Notes: generated from the letters alone by a model not told the origin. A stretch of DNA of 64,000 nucleotides from Minisyncoccota bacterium (GCA_041663165.1 JBAZRF010000005.1:502-64501), one strand, 5' to 3'. Positions 29,885-39,961 are shown, counted from the stretch's first letter. A program made the numbers and translations.

Positions 29885-30832
29885 TTATTTCCTCTGCAAA
29901 AAGTTATAGATATCTTCAACGGCGTTGGCGGCATCGCCGGCGGCGATATTGTTTTGACGATAGAGAACATCGGTGCAGTCGCCGGCTGACCAGATTCCTT
30001 CTTGCGAGGTGGTCTGGCGAAGGTGGTCAACAACGATTTCACCTCTTTCATTTAATTTAACGATGTCTTTAAAAATAGCGGTATTGGCGACAAAACCAAT
30101 CTCAACAAAAATACCGGTCACGGGCAATTCAATCGGCTCACCGGTGGCTAAACCTTGTTCATCTTTGTTTTTGTAAACTAAACTTTTGACAAATCCGCCA
30201 GCTGGCGGAGCGCCTTTAATCTCAACCAGCTCAACATTTTTAAATGCTTTGAATTTTGGGTTTTGCAAAAGTTTGTCAATCGTGATTTGTTCGGCACGAA
30301 AGGCGGGCATGGTTTCAAGTAGGGTGACACTATTGCAATAAGCAAGGAGTTGGCCAGCCGAATTGAAACCGGCATTACCGCCGCCAATCACCGCCACATC
30401 TTGACCAGAGAAGATTGGGCCATCGCAGGAGGCGCAGTAAGTAACGCCTTTTTGTTCGAAAACGTCAGCGCCCGGCACGGTTAATTTTCGTCTGACAGCG
30501 CCGGCGGTAATAAGGACAGTTTTAGCTTTGTATTCGTCTTTGTCAGTTTTTACCACAAAGCCGTTGCTTTCCTTGGTCAGCCCGGTTACTTGCTCGGGAA
30601 CCTTAATTGTTAAATCGGGTCCTTCATAAGAACGCAAATGTAGCTCAAGTTTTTTGGCCAGGTCAATGCCGGAGATATTTTGCTCGCCGATCCAATTTTG
30701 AATTTCGGGTGAGACCGAAGATTGGCCGGCTAATTCTTGAGCGATAAGTAAAGTTTTTAATTTTTTTCTAGCAGCATAAACGCCCGCCGATACGCCGGCT
30801 GGTCCGCCACCAATAATGATTAGGTCGTACAT
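29885..30832 (-). CDS. trxB: Thioredoxin-disulfide reductase
   Basis: 'IIGGGPAG', 'YCASCDG', 'GGGNAG', 'SAGD'. Confidence 0.88.
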   Translation of the reverse strand: MYDLIIIGGGPAGVSAGVYAARKKLKTLLIAQELAGQSSVSPEIQNWIGEQNISGIDLAKKLELHLRSYEGPDLTIKVPEQVTGLTKESNGFVVKTDKDEYKAKTVLITAGAVRRKLTVPGADVFEQKGVTYCASCDGPIFSGQDVAVIGGGNAGFNSAGQLLAYCNSVTLLETMPAFRAEQITIDKLLQNPKFKAFKNVELVEIKGAPPAGGFVKSLVYKNKDEQGLATGEPIELPVTGIFVEIGFVANTAIFKDIVKLNERGEIVVDHLRQTTSQEGIWSAGDCTDVLYRQNNIAAGDAANAVEDIYNFLQRK

Positions 30833-30854
30833 AGCTACATTATAGCACACCTGT

Positions 30855-32066
30855 CTACTTAGTTTTCGAACGGCGAAGAAAAGCGGGGATTGACGACCAA
30901 TCGTCATCTTCGAAATTTTCATCCTTTTTGTCTTTAGTCAGGTTGCTCAAACCATTTCCATTTCCGATCGTCGTTTTTGTTTCAAGTTCTTTACCTAGCT
31001 TGTTTTCTTCAATTTCAGTTTTGATTTTAGCGGACTCTTCTTTAGCGGGCATTTCTTTTTTGGGTTCGATTGAATCAATTATTTTAAAATCATCCCGCGA
31101 CTTTTTGCCGTCGCTCGAGAAACCGCAGGCGATAACGGTGATCTTAACCTCATTCTTCTTCATCTTGTCATCTTTAATTGTGCCAAAGATAACCTTGGCC
31201 TCTGGGTCGATTGATTCGGTAATGATTTTGGCCGCTTCTTGAAGTTCGAAGAGGGTTACGTCTTCACCGCCGGCCACCGTAAAGAGAATGCCCTTGGCGC
31301 CGTTGATTGAGACATCAAGCAGTGGGGAACTGATCGCCATTTTGGCGGCCTCAACGGCACGATTTTCACCCGAGGCGACACCCACGCCCATGAGAGCAGA
31401 GCCGGAGTTTTGCATAATGGTACGGATATCGGCGAAGTCAGCATTGATTTTGCCGGGCATGGTGATGGTATTGGAGATACCCTCAACTGCCTGTTTTAGA
31501 ATTTCATCACACATGGCAAAGGCCGAAGTGCAGGTGGTATCGTGACTGATTAGTGTTAAGAGGCGGTCATTGGGAATGGTAATAATTGCATCCACTTCTT
31601 TTTTGACTTCCTCGATACCTTTTTCGGCGATGGCTTTGCGTTGTTTGCCTTCAAAATAAAATGGGCGAGTGACGACACCAATGGTTAGGGCGCCCAAGTC
31701 CTTGGCAATTTTTGCCACCACTGGCGCCGCGCCGGTGCCGGTACCGCCGCCCAAACCGCAAGAAATAAAAACCATATCAGCGCCCTTCAAAACGTTTTGA
31801 ATGTCCTCCAAACTTTCTTCAGCCGCTTGCCGGCCGAGGTCGGGATTCATGCCGGTACCGAGACCGCGGGTTAAACTTTTACCAATATGGATTTTTTTGC
31901 TAGCTCGCGAGTTTTGGAGATGTTGAGCATCGGTATTCATGGCGATAAATTCAACGCCTTGAACTTTAGCTTCAACCATGTGAGTAATCGCGTTGGTGCC
32001 CGAACCGCCGACGCCGACGACTTTGATGCGGGCAAATGATTCAATTTCAGGGTTTATTTTAGGCAT
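30855..32066 (-). CDS. ftsZ: Cell division GTPase FtsZ
   Basis: 'GLGGGTGTG', 'NADFAD', C-terminal 'IPAFLRR'. Confidence 0.97.
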   Translation of the reverse strand: MPKINPEIESFARIKVVGVGGSGTNAITHMVEAKVQGVEFIAMNTDAQHLQNSRASKKIHIGKSLTRGLGTGMNPDLGRQAAEESLEDIQNVLKGADMVFISCGLGGGTGTGAAPVVAKIAKDLGALTIGVVTRPFYFEGKQRKAIAEKGIEEVKKEVDAIITIPNDRLLTLISHDTTCTSAFAMCDEILKQAVEGISNTITMPGKINADFADIRTIMQNSGSALMGVGVASGENRAVEAAKMAISSPLLDVSINGAKGILFTVAGGEDVTLFELQEAAKIITESIDPEAKVIFGTIKDDKMKKNEVKITVIACGFSSDGKKSRDDFKIIDSIEPKKEMPAKEESAKIKTEIEENKLGKELETKTTIGNGNGLSNLTKDKKDENFEDDDWSSIPAFLRRSKTK

Positions 32067-32125
32067 AAAAAATAATTGGGGTCTTAATTTCCCCCATCTT
32101 AGCAAACCGCTTAAAAAAGGCAAAT

Positions 32126-33292
32126 TTAGGGCATCAGTTCTTTAATCCAGCTCCAAATTTTGCTTCGGGTGTCCTTAATGAGCCTTAAACCGAATGATTC
32201 TTCCCCCCCATCTTCGAGGCTATAAACACATAAACCATAGGAAACTGACCAAGCGGCATCGCGAATCTGACTCTTAGAGTTCGAGGCGATAGCCGATACC
32301 GCCACTTTCGCTGGGAGTTTAAAATAATTTTTAGCGAGCTCTTCAATATTTGGGATACTTGATCCGCCGCCAGTGATAACTAAACCGGCCGGAAGTAAGC
32401 CATTGCGGCCAAGTTTTTTAAGATGGGTTTCGATGAATTCAAAAATGTCAGACAAACGAGCCTCGATAATTTCATCCAATTTCTTTTTGGTGCCGACCGG
32501 TTCGCCTTCTCCCCGTTTGATTTTTTCAGCTTCTTCAATTGGGATACGAAAACCGAGGGCGATGTCGTTGGTAATATCCATTGACCCGATGGGAAAGACT
32601 TGAATTGAGACCGGGACACCCTCTTCAAAAACGGCAATCGAGGTAGTTTGCGAGCCGATATTAACCAAGACGCTGCCGGCCATTTTTTGGAGTTTGGACA
32701 TTATCACCAAACTGGCCGAGAGAGGAGCGGCAATGACATCCTCGACCATTAAACCGGCATCCTCAATCACTTTAATAAGATCTTTGAGGTGCTGGCTAAG
32801 GCAAGTGATAAAAAGAGTTCGAGCTTCGAGTTTTCCGCCGTGCATGCCTTCAGGATGGCCAAGCACTTTTTCCCCATCAATTTTGAAGGAAATAGGAATA
32901 CGATGAAGAATGTGTCGGTTGATCATGTCGGGCAAGTTGGCCTGACTAGCCTCAATGGTACGATTAACGTCAGCTTCAGAAATTTCGGTGTCTGGCCGAG
33001 CGGTCAAAACACTACCCTCCGTTACCCTTGAATCGAGTGAGACTCCCCCCATCCCCAGGAAAATTTTGCGGATTCGTAACTTCAAGCTTCGTTCGGCGTC
33101 GGCAACAGTGGCGCGAATTGCTTCGGTTGCTTCATCTGGGTTAATAACATAACCGCGACGCAAACCGCGAGCTGGTTTTTTAACCAAGGCCAAAACTTGC
33201 GGAGTACTATCCCCGGTTTTAATTTCGCAGACGACGAGCCGCACCCACGCGGTTCCCACGTCCAATCCCGCGATGATTTGTCGATTGGCCAT
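32126..33292 (-). CDS. ftsA: Cell division protein FtsA
   Basis: 'GLDVGT', 'IIEARL', 'ITGGGS'; upstream of ftsZ. Confidence 0.95.
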   Translation of the reverse strand: MANRQIIAGLDVGTAWVRLVVCEIKTGDSTPQVLALVKKPARGLRRGYVINPDEATEAIRATVADAERSLKLRIRKIFLGMGGVSLDSRVTEGSVLTARPDTEISEADVNRTIEASQANLPDMINRHILHRIPISFKIDGEKVLGHPEGMHGGKLEARTLFITCLSQHLKDLIKVIEDAGLMVEDVIAAPLSASLVIMSKLQKMAGSVLVNIGSQTTSIAVFEEGVPVSIQVFPIGSMDITNDIALGFRIPIEEAEKIKRGEGEPVGTKKKLDEIIEARLSDIFEFIETHLKKLGRNGLLPAGLVITGGGSSIPNIEELAKNYFKLPAKVAVSAIASNSKSQIRDAAWSVSYGLCVYSLEDGGEESFGLRLIKDTRSKIWSWIKELMP

Positions 33293-33635
33293 TCTTTTTT
33301 AACGAAGACAAAAACCTTTTCTCTTCAGTCTCCATTTTACTACCATGAGTGAATCCTGCCAAATGCAATAGGCCGTGGATAAACAAATGGTCAACAGCAA
33401 AGTCGGTAATCGGTAATTTTATAAAAATTTCGCCCGAAGTTTTAGTGAGTGGAAATGATAAAATATTAGCGATTTTGTCTTTGTTCCGCCTCTCTTTGTT
33501 TAGTCTGTGAGTTAGGGTTTCACCGCAAAAGACCAAGCTCAAATCATATTTTGATCCGAGGATTTTTTCGGACAATTTTGCAAAAGGCCCGCTCGGGGCC
33601 GGCCTTTTGGTTAAATTAACGATAGCTAGGGGCAT
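33219..33635 (-). CDS. ybeY: rRNA maturation RNase YbeY
   Basis: 'ANILSFP', 'HGLLHLAGFTH'. Confidence 0.85.
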   Translation of the reverse strand: MPLAIVNLTKRPAPSGPFAKLSEKILGSKYDLSLVFCGETLTHRLNKERRNKDKIANILSFPLTKTSGEIFIKLPITDFAVDHLFIHGLLHLAGFTHGSKMETEEKRFLSSLKKNGQSTNHRGIGRGNRVGAARRLRN

Positions 33636-33864
33636 CTTTGATTTTGCCGAGTTTCTTCAGTCGTTCATAGGCGGTTCGTTTAGTCATTCGTTTGAGCGCT
33701 TCATTTTTGCGCTTGAGGGCCGATTTGGGTCGTTCGTTATAGCGAGCACTGCGAGTCTTTTTAATTAAACCAGCGCCGGAGACGCGCTTCGAAAATCGGC
33801 GCATCACGCTCATGTTGGTTTCGGAGGCACCTTTAACTACCTCAATCGTGCTGTTTTTGGTCAT
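33616..33864 (-). CDS. rpsU: Ribosomal protein bS21-like
   Basis: Basic; 'SVMRRFSKRV..AGLIK..R.ARYNERPKS'. Confidence 0.7.
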   Translation of the reverse strand: MTKNSTIEVVKGASETNMSVMRRFSKRVSGAGLIKKTRSARYNERPKSALKRKNEALKRMTKRTAYERLKKLGKIKDAPSYR

Positions 33865-33912
33865 GACAAGAGGATAACATTTTTCTCTAAAAATGGCAAA
33901 CCTCACCCTCTC

Positions 33913-33948
33913 CCCGCCAGACCTCAAGTGAGCTCGAGGTCTGGCGGG
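33913..33948. repeat. GC-rich intergenic hairpin between divergent genes
   Basis: CCCGCCAGACCTC-10 nt-GAGGTCTGGCGGG. Confidence 0.55.
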
Positions 33949-34015
33949 TTAGCGATTTGTATGCTAGTAATTAAACTAGACACTAGACAAATCTTTGAAG
34001 GGAGGTGAATCGAAA

Positions 34016-34396
34016 ATGAAGACCGTTACTCTTCATGGTTCCAGCGGGGAAGTTCTGGCTCCGTTCGGCGAGCCGGGGACATTCATCAGGGGTAAACGCC
34101 AGGCAGTACGGATCATTGGAGTTGGCCCTGACGAGGAGACACCTCTCGAAGTCCGGGAAGCCCTTGTCGGAAAGGTGGTTGATGCCATCCTTACCCAAAA
34201 ACAAGTCATCGAGCAGGGAGGTTCGGCATTTGCGGATGTCTTGCCCGAAGGATGCCTTCTGGCATATGCGCAAGAGGTGATCGAGTTACTGGAAACATGC
34301 CATGAGTTATCGGCTGCCGAGGCACTGCGGAACATTGCCGGCGCCGACCTGGACATGTATATCCTCGAACGAGAGATTTACGAAGTTATCCCTTGA
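34016..34396 (+). CDS. Hypothetical protein
   Basis: Strong SD GGAGGTG before ATG; followed by a hairpin and T-tract. Confidence 0.6.
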   Translation: MKTVTLHGSSGEVLAPFGEPGTFIRGKRQAVRIIGVGPDEETPLEVREALVGKVVDAILTQKQVIEQGGSAFADVLPEGCLLAYAQEVIELLETCHELSAAEALRNIAGADLDMYILEREIYEVIP

Positions 34397-34516
34397 CCAT
34401 GAGACCCGCCCACGACAACGAGCCTAAATCGCTCGCGCGAGGCGGGCCTGTTGTTTTTAATAAAAAATTTGAAATGGCAAACCAGCGGCGCGCTTGCGCG
34501 CCGCTGGTGGATACGG

Positions 34517-34750
34517 TCATCTCAACCAGATACAGTCTTTCTCCCCGATTCGATACAAACGTACCGTTCGCCAAGCCCAAACCCTCCCGAGAGATTCTGT
34601 CCAGAGCACGAGAATACCCCATGCTCTTTTGATGGCGGTCTTGCGACAACCGGCCCATATGTACCTAGTCTTTTGGCGGATGAAAAGACCAGGTTTGCCG
34701 GGGTCTCGCGAATAACAGCCTGCCGAGCAAACGACCCGATATCTTTTCAT
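34517..34750 (-). CDS. Small basic hypothetical protein
   Basis: SD AAGGAG upstream of ATG and a TATAAT further upstream. Confidence 0.35.
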   Translation of the reverse strand: MKRYRVVCSAGCYSRDPGKPGLFIRQKTRYIWAGCRKTAIKRAWGILVLWTESLGRVWAWRTVRLYRIGEKDCIWLR

Positions 34751-34869
34751 CCTAAAACTCCCTTGTTGTTGGTCTAGCTCAATACTAATTATATTCTAAA
34801 TAATTGTCCAATTCCTCATCCTGTTTAAAACTGCAAGGTTGAACCTTGCGGTAGCAGTCAAGCGAGGCC

Positions 34870-35012
34870 CGTTCAGTTAAACAACCTCGCGTAGCCACGG
34901 CCAGCATGGTTTTCGCCATCATTTATTGTTCGCAGAACTATGGCGAAATGGCCGTCGCGGAGCGTAAGAAAACCATTCGCGGGAATGATTTTCTGTGTTG
35001 TTTAACTGAACG
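34870..35012. mobile_element. MITE-like element with 16-bp terminal inverted repeats
   Basis: CGTTCAGTTAAACAAC ... GTTGTTTAACTGAACG, with an internal hairpin. Confidence 0.5.
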
Positions 35013-35023
35013 TGGCCGAGCGC

Positions 35024-36322
35024 CTATTTAATTTTTTTCAAGTACTCGGCCAGTTTGGCGACCTTGATCGTGTCTTGAGAGCGATTGTCCATATTGCGGA
35101 CAATCACGGTGCCATCAAGGGCTTCTTTTTGGCCTAGAATAATCGTAAAGGGGACTCCCAGTTTTTCCGCGAGACCGAGTTGGGTCGAGAGTGAGTCCTT
35201 AGAAAGCGAGTGCTGAACGGGGATTTTGGCCTGGCGCAGAGCCTCGATAACTTCAAAACTCTTCAATTTTGCATCAAAGGAAAGTTGAATGAAAAAGACC
35301 TTGGGCTTCTTTAAGAGACGGGGCGACAGCTTGGCGTAGGTGGCAAGCTCGGTAATGCGATCAACGCCAAGCGACACACCCACGGCCGGGACTTCTTTTT
35401 TAATATTCAAACTCTTGGCCAAGCCGTCATAACGACCGCCACCGCCCAGAGCGAGGGAGTCAACCGTGCCATTCTCGTCCGTTTTTTCGATAAAGACTTC
35501 GAAGACGGTACGGGTGTAGTAGTCAAGACCGCGCACCAAAGTGTTGTCAATTTCATAATTAATACCAAGTTCATCGAGATATTCGAGTACTTCTTTAAAG
35601 TGAGTTTTGCACGAGGCGCAAAGATAGCTAATTGAATCCGGCGCCCCTTTTTTGATTTCTTGGCAATTAGGATTTTTACAATCGAGGAGGCGGATTGGAT
35701 TGGTCTTTAACCGTTCACGGCAATCAGCGCAAATACCCTTGATATTCTTTTTATAATAATTAACTAGCTCACGGCGAAAAGTCCCGCGACATTCGCTGTC
35801 GCCCAGGCTGTTGATTTTAAATTTGAGATTCGTGATACCGGCTTCTTCTAAAATAATTCTCGTCAGATTGATGATCGTGGCATCGGCTATACTTTTCTTG
35901 GTGCCCAAAATTTCTAAACCAAATTGATAGAATTGACGATAACGTCCCTTTTGTGGATTCTCATGGCGAAAGAAGGGGCCATGATAATAAAACATTAATG
36001 GTTGAGGCACGGAGAACATACCATGTTCAACATAGGCGCGCATCACTCCGGCGGTATTCTCTGGACGCAAGACTAGGCGATCTCCGCCCTTAGTCCTAAG
36101 ATTGAACATCTCCTTGCTGACAATATCGGTCTCTTCCCCCACTCCTCGCGAAAAAAGTTCCTCTTTTTCCAAAATGGGTGTTTCGATCGGTTTAAAACCA
36201 TAATAAATGGCAATTTCGGCGGCTTTTTCGAAGAACCCTTGAAAAAGATAAACCTCGTCACCAATCAAGTCACGCATACCCTTGGGTGACTGCAATTCCT
36301 CGCTTTTACTTGCTTTAGGCAT
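35024..36322 (-). CDS. hisS: Histidine--tRNA ligase
   Basis: 'PKGMRD', 'LRPENTA', 'GRYRQFYQ', 'LVRGLDYY', 'GGGRYD'. Confidence 0.97.
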   Translation of the reverse strand: MPKASKSEELQSPKGMRDLIGDEVYLFQGFFEKAAEIAIYYGFKPIETPILEKEELFSRGVGEETDIVSKEMFNLRTKGGDRLVLRPENTAGVMRAYVEHGMFSVPQPLMFYYHGPFFRHENPQKGRYRQFYQFGLEILGTKKSIADATIINLTRIILEEAGITNLKFKINSLGDSECRGTFRRELVNYYKKNIKGICADCRERLKTNPIRLLDCKNPNCQEIKKGAPDSISYLCASCKTHFKEVLEYLDELGINYEIDNTLVRGLDYYTRTVFEVFIEKTDENGTVDSLALGGGGRYDGLAKSLNIKKEVPAVGVSLGVDRITELATYAKLSPRLLKKPKVFFIQLSFDAKLKSFEVIEALRQAKIPVQHSLSKDSLSTQLGLAEKLGVPFTIILGQKEALDGTVIVRNMDNRSQDTIKVAKLAEYLKKIK

Positions 36323-36365
36323 AATTTGTCTCAAACTAACACAGTTTTTTAATCAAAGCAAATTT

Positions 36366-36923
36366 CTATTTTGTCGCGTAAGTTACCAAGCCGGGCAAAT
36401 AGGAGATTTTTTTTGGCGGGAAGAGGCGCAAAAGCGCCCGGCCCTTGATTAGGTTGCGAGGCAGCGCGCCCCAAAAACGTGAATCCCAGCTAACGGCTCG
36501 ATTATCTCCCATGGCAAAATATTCGTTTGGTCCTAATTTGCGATAGGCGCTAATATTACTCTCGCTGCCCAAATATTTTTCTTGTAGAGCTAGCTGTTCG
36601 CCATCCTTGGTAATTATTGTTGTTTGACCGTTGCGAACACTAACCGTTTCGTTTGGTAAGCCAATAACACGCTTGATAAAATATTGAGATTTGTTGACAG
36701 GATTTTTAAAAACAATTACCTCGCCCCGTTCCGGATCTCGGAGCAAATAAGAAGCCTCGTCAATAATTAAATAATCATTCTCTTTAAAAGTATTATCCAT
36801 TGATGAACCGTGAACAATAAACGGTTGAGCGATGTACATACGAAAAGGAATAATAATCACGACCAAAATAGCCGCAAATTTTATCGCTTCCCACCAACCG
36901 TCAGACTTTTTAGGGTTTTCCAC
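36366..36923 (-). CDS. lepB: Signal peptidase I
   Basis: 'GSSMDNT', 'FIKRVIGLP', 'MGDNR..S.DSR'. Confidence 0.93.
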   Translation of the reverse strand: MENPKKSDGWWEAIKFAAILVVIIIPFRMYIAQPFIVHGSSMDNTFKENDYLIIDEASYLLRDPERGEVIVFKNPVNKSQYFIKRVIGLPNETVSVRNGQTTIITKDGEQLALQEKYLGSESNISAYRKLGPNEYFAMGDNRAVSWDSRFWGALPRNLIKGRALLRLFPPKKISYLPGLVTYATK

Positions 36924-36950
36924 CAGTCAATATTATTATATAATGGCGAA

Positions 36951-37568
36951 ATGAGCAAGAAAACAAATTATATTTTTGTTGGGCTGGGTAATCCCGGGGA
37001 AGAATATGTCCAAAGCCGGCATAGTTTTGGCCGGATGATTTTGCTGTCGCTCGCGCAAAAGCCGGTTGAAGGAATGACGATCGGCGATTGGCGTTTTGAT
37101 AAAAAAATGAAAGCGCAATTAGCGGGCGGGCGGGGAGCCAAAAATAAGTTTCAATTATTATTGCCCGAAAACATGATGAATAATTCAGGTGGTTGCATTA
37201 AGCCCCTCATTAAAAGTAAAAAAGAGGCGGGGGACGTCGTCGTCATTCATGATGACATTGATTTACCACTCGGCACCGTTAAACTCTCGTATCATCGAGG
37301 GTCGGGCGGCCATCGTGGGGTTGAGTCAATCATTAAGGCTTTAAAAACAAATGAGTTTGTTCGGTTACGTTTGGGCGTGGCGCCAACTATGCCGTCGGGT
37401 AAAATTAAGAAACCGGGGAGCGACAAAATTATCAATTTTATTATCGGCAATTTTAAGCCGAGCGAAGAAGGGGAAGTAAAAAAAGTAATTAAAAAAGCAA
37501 AAAAGATTGTTGAATCATTGGTTGAAGTTGGTCTGGATAAGACCATGAATCTCTATAACAAGACCTAG
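36951..37568 (+). CDS. pth: Peptidyl-tRNA hydrolase
   Basis: 'VGLGNPG..Y..SRH', 'MNNSG', 'HDDIDLP', 'GSGGHRG'. Confidence 0.95.
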   Translation: MSKKTNYIFVGLGNPGEEYVQSRHSFGRMILLSLAQKPVEGMTIGDWRFDKKMKAQLAGGRGAKNKFQLLLPENMMNNSGGCIKPLIKSKKEAGDVVVIHDDIDLPLGTVKLSYHRGSGGHRGVESIIKALKTNEFVRLRLGVAPTMPSGKIKKPGSDKIINFIIGNFKPSEEGEVKKVIKKAKKIVESLVEVGLDKTMNLYNKT

Positions 37569-37598
37569 CTGGTTATTATAATAATTATAAAAAAGAAA

Positions 37599-37717
37599 GG
37601 CCAGGTCGTCGAACATCAACGCCTAGCCCATTCTGCCGTCGAAACGGCTGCCCATAAGGATCAGGGTGCGCACCCTGCCGTGCGTCACTACAGCCCGAAG
37701 CGACGCCGGCCGTCCCG
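37599..37717 (-). ncRNA. Candidate structured ncRNA of unknown family
   Basis: TTGACA-16-TATCCT promoter upstream, several GC-rich stems, T-tract at the end, no ORF; strand uncertain. Confidence 0.4.
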
Positions 37718-37768
37718 CTTAATAGGATAACAGATTGCTAAAATCTGTCAATAGCCCAGACCTTATTA

Positions 37769-38977
37769 TTAGGCCTTTTTCTCTTCTGTCTTAACTCGTT
37801 CTGGCACTGAGCCAAAAAAGAGGGTCATTCGTTGATCTTTAGGTTCGAAGATATTTATCGTAAAGGTGTAAGTCTTTCCCAGCTCAAGAGTCTGGCGTAA
37901 ATCCTCATCACTCTTGAATTCGGAGATATGAACTAGACCAGCCACTCCCTCCTCGAGCGAAACCAAGGCCCCATGCTTATTGTGCTTGATAACGGCGCCA
38001 GTAACGATTTGTCCTCGATGGTATTTTTTCTCGGCATCTTTCCAGGGGTTGTCTTTGAGTGCTTTAATAGAGAGGGAAATCTTGTCGTCTTTTACCTCAA
38101 TAATCTTAGCTTTGACCTTATCACCGATATGATATAGATCGCGCGGATTTTCCACTAAGGACCAGTCGATTTCGGAGATATGCACTAGGCCTTCAAGGTT
38201 TTCTTCGATCTTAATAAAGATGCCAAAATCAACGGCGCCGGTCACTTCTCCCTCAACGATGTCGCCCAAGGCATATTTACTAATAATCTCTTTTTTAATC
38301 TTATTGTCTTGGTTTTTTTCGGAGAAGATCAATTTCCCCTCCTTTGAATCAGTACCAATAATTGAAACGGTTAAGGTTTTGCCCACCAATTTCTTCAATT
38401 CCTCCACAATCGCTTCTTTGTCTCCACCCTCAACACGAGGATAATGTTCGGCCTTGAGTTGTGAGGCGGGGAGGAAGCCGTCCATCCCGTTCCAATCCAA
38501 AATTAAACCACCCTTATTGGCCTCTTTAACCAAAAGTTCAAACTGTGATTTATTTTTTGAAGCCTTCTCGGCATCATTCCAGATTAAGGCCTGCTTGGCT
38601 TCTTTGAGGGAGAGTTCAAAATAACCCTCTTCGCCCTCAGTTTCGATCACCTTGGCCGTTACAAAGTCGCCGACCGCGATCTTCTTAATAATGTCTTTAG
38701 CATTTAAATATTCTCGGCCAAAAATGATACCCGTGCCAAACGGCGGGACATCAATGTAAATAGTCTTACTCCCCTTGCCAATCACCATACCTTCGACAAT
38801 GGCGCCAGCCTCGGGCTTTTGCGCAGATTGCTTGATATATTCGTCCATCAAGCGTTTGGGGCCTTCTAACTCAACACGCTCTTCATCCTGACCGGATAGG
38901 TCTTTATCGGACAAGCGCTCGTCATCGACGATCTCGGTCTCGGCCACTAAATTAGGATCACTTATAATGTTTTTCAT
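37769..38977 (-). CDS. rpsA: Ribosomal protein S1
   Basis: Tandem S1 domains: 'NKGGL', 'GFLPASQL', 'GLVHISE' twice. Confidence 0.9.
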   Translation of the reverse strand: MKNIISDPNLVAETEIVDDERLSDKDLSGQDEERVELEGPKRLMDEYIKQSAQKPEAGAIVEGMVIGKGSKTIYIDVPPFGTGIIFGREYLNAKDIIKKIAVGDFVTAKVIETEGEEGYFELSLKEAKQALIWNDAEKASKNKSQFELLVKEANKGGLILDWNGMDGFLPASQLKAEHYPRVEGGDKEAIVEELKKLVGKTLTVSIIGTDSKEGKLIFSEKNQDNKIKKEIISKYALGDIVEGEVTGAVDFGIFIKIEENLEGLVHISEIDWSLVENPRDLYHIGDKVKAKIIEVKDDKISLSIKALKDNPWKDAEKKYHRGQIVTGAVIKHNKHGALVSLEEGVAGLVHISEFKSDEDLRQTLELGKTYTFTINIFEPKDQRMTLFFGSVPERVKTEEKKA

Positions 38978-39033
38978 AATGTCTCCTACTATACAAAATA
39001 AAGCCCAAATTGGCAAATTTAACAAAAAACAAA

Positions 39034-39219
39034 GGCGGGGTCCGGAGACTTGCCGCCTTGCGTTGCTGGTTCGTGGCCTCCCTCAAGGAGAGGACCGACT
39101 AAATTGTCCGGGATGACCCTCGGGATAAACTCGCTTTCCCTAACGGTTTTGACGAGTTACCTCGTCCCTGAACCCGAACGCTTCCTTCCCGCAGTAACCA
39201 GCCCCAACCTCAGGGAATT
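39034..39219 (-). ncRNA. Probable 6S RNA
   Basis: About 185 nt; TACAAT -10 upstream; ends TTCCCTGAG.../...GGCGGCAAGTCTCCGGA resemble 6S termini; GCTGGTT/AACCAGC stem; T-tract after. Confidence 0.5.
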
Positions 39220-39255
39220 AGCCGTATTGTATCTTTAACTAAAAATTTTGCAATC

Positions 39256-39280
39256 CACTTAGAGGCCTCGCCTCTAAGTG
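39256..39280. repeat. REP-like palindrome, left flank of the transposase
   Basis: CACTTAGAGGC-CTC-GCCTCTAAGTG. Confidence 0.85.
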
Positions 39281-39304
39281 CCAAATTTGTTAATATGCTA
39301 AGCA

Positions 39305-39961
39305 ATGTCTCAAAGAAAAGTCGCTTTTGCTATCGGAGAATATTACCACGTTTTCAATCGCGGGATTGAAGGTCGGAGTATTTTTGCCAATGATGAAGAC
39401 CTCAATCATTTTATTCAAAGTGTCGAAAAATTTAACGACAACAATGTTGTAGGAGGTTTATACATGAGCTCGTTCGATAAATACAAGAAAAAAGGGAAGA
39501 GATTAGTAAATATCATTTGTTATGCTTTCAACCCAAACCATTATCATTTTTTAATGACTCCCTTGGTCGAGAAAGGTATAGAAAATTTTATGCAACGGCT
39601 CGGTACCGGTCATACAATGTTTTTTAATCACCAGCACAAGAGGAAGGGGAGATTGTTTCAAGGTGTTTTTAAATCAGCCCATATTGATTCGAATGAGTAT
39701 TTAATGCATTTGAGTGTTTACATTAATTTAAACGACAAAGTTCACCAACTTAGAGGCGAGGCCTCTAAGTTGGCAAAAACTAGCTGGAATAGCTATGCCT
39801 CGAAAAAGAGAGACATTTTGCTTAGGGATATAAGCATAATTACCAATCAATTCAAAAATCCCAAAGAGTATAAAAAATTCGCCGAAGAAATTTTGCCAGA
39901 TATTATTGAAAGAAAACAATTACTGAAAGAGCTTGAAGCTATCATTATCGAGGAAGAATAG
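39305..39961 (+). mobile_element. REP-associated tyrosine transposase (RAYT, HUH/Y1 superfamily)
   Basis: 'YYHVFNRG', 'CYAFNPNHYHFL' (HUH), 'GRLFQGVFKS', 'YINLN'; flanked by palindromes. Confidence 0.85.
39745..39773. repeat. REP-like palindrome in-frame inside the transposase
   Basis: CCAACTTAGAGGC-GAG-GCCTCTAAGTTGG, encoding QLRGEASKL. Confidence 0.85.

Noticed and set aside
33219-33292. 74-nt ybeY/ftsA overlap as a programmed frameshift
   Set aside because: Simply explained by a non-conserved C-terminal extension; both genes are intact.
37599-37711. HDV-like ribozyme, SRP RNA or tmRNA identity for the ncRNA candidate
   Set aside because: The GGCCGGC start and a hairpin followed by AGAATGGG are suggestive, but I could not build the P2/P3 pseudoknot, and SRP and tmRNA motifs are absent.
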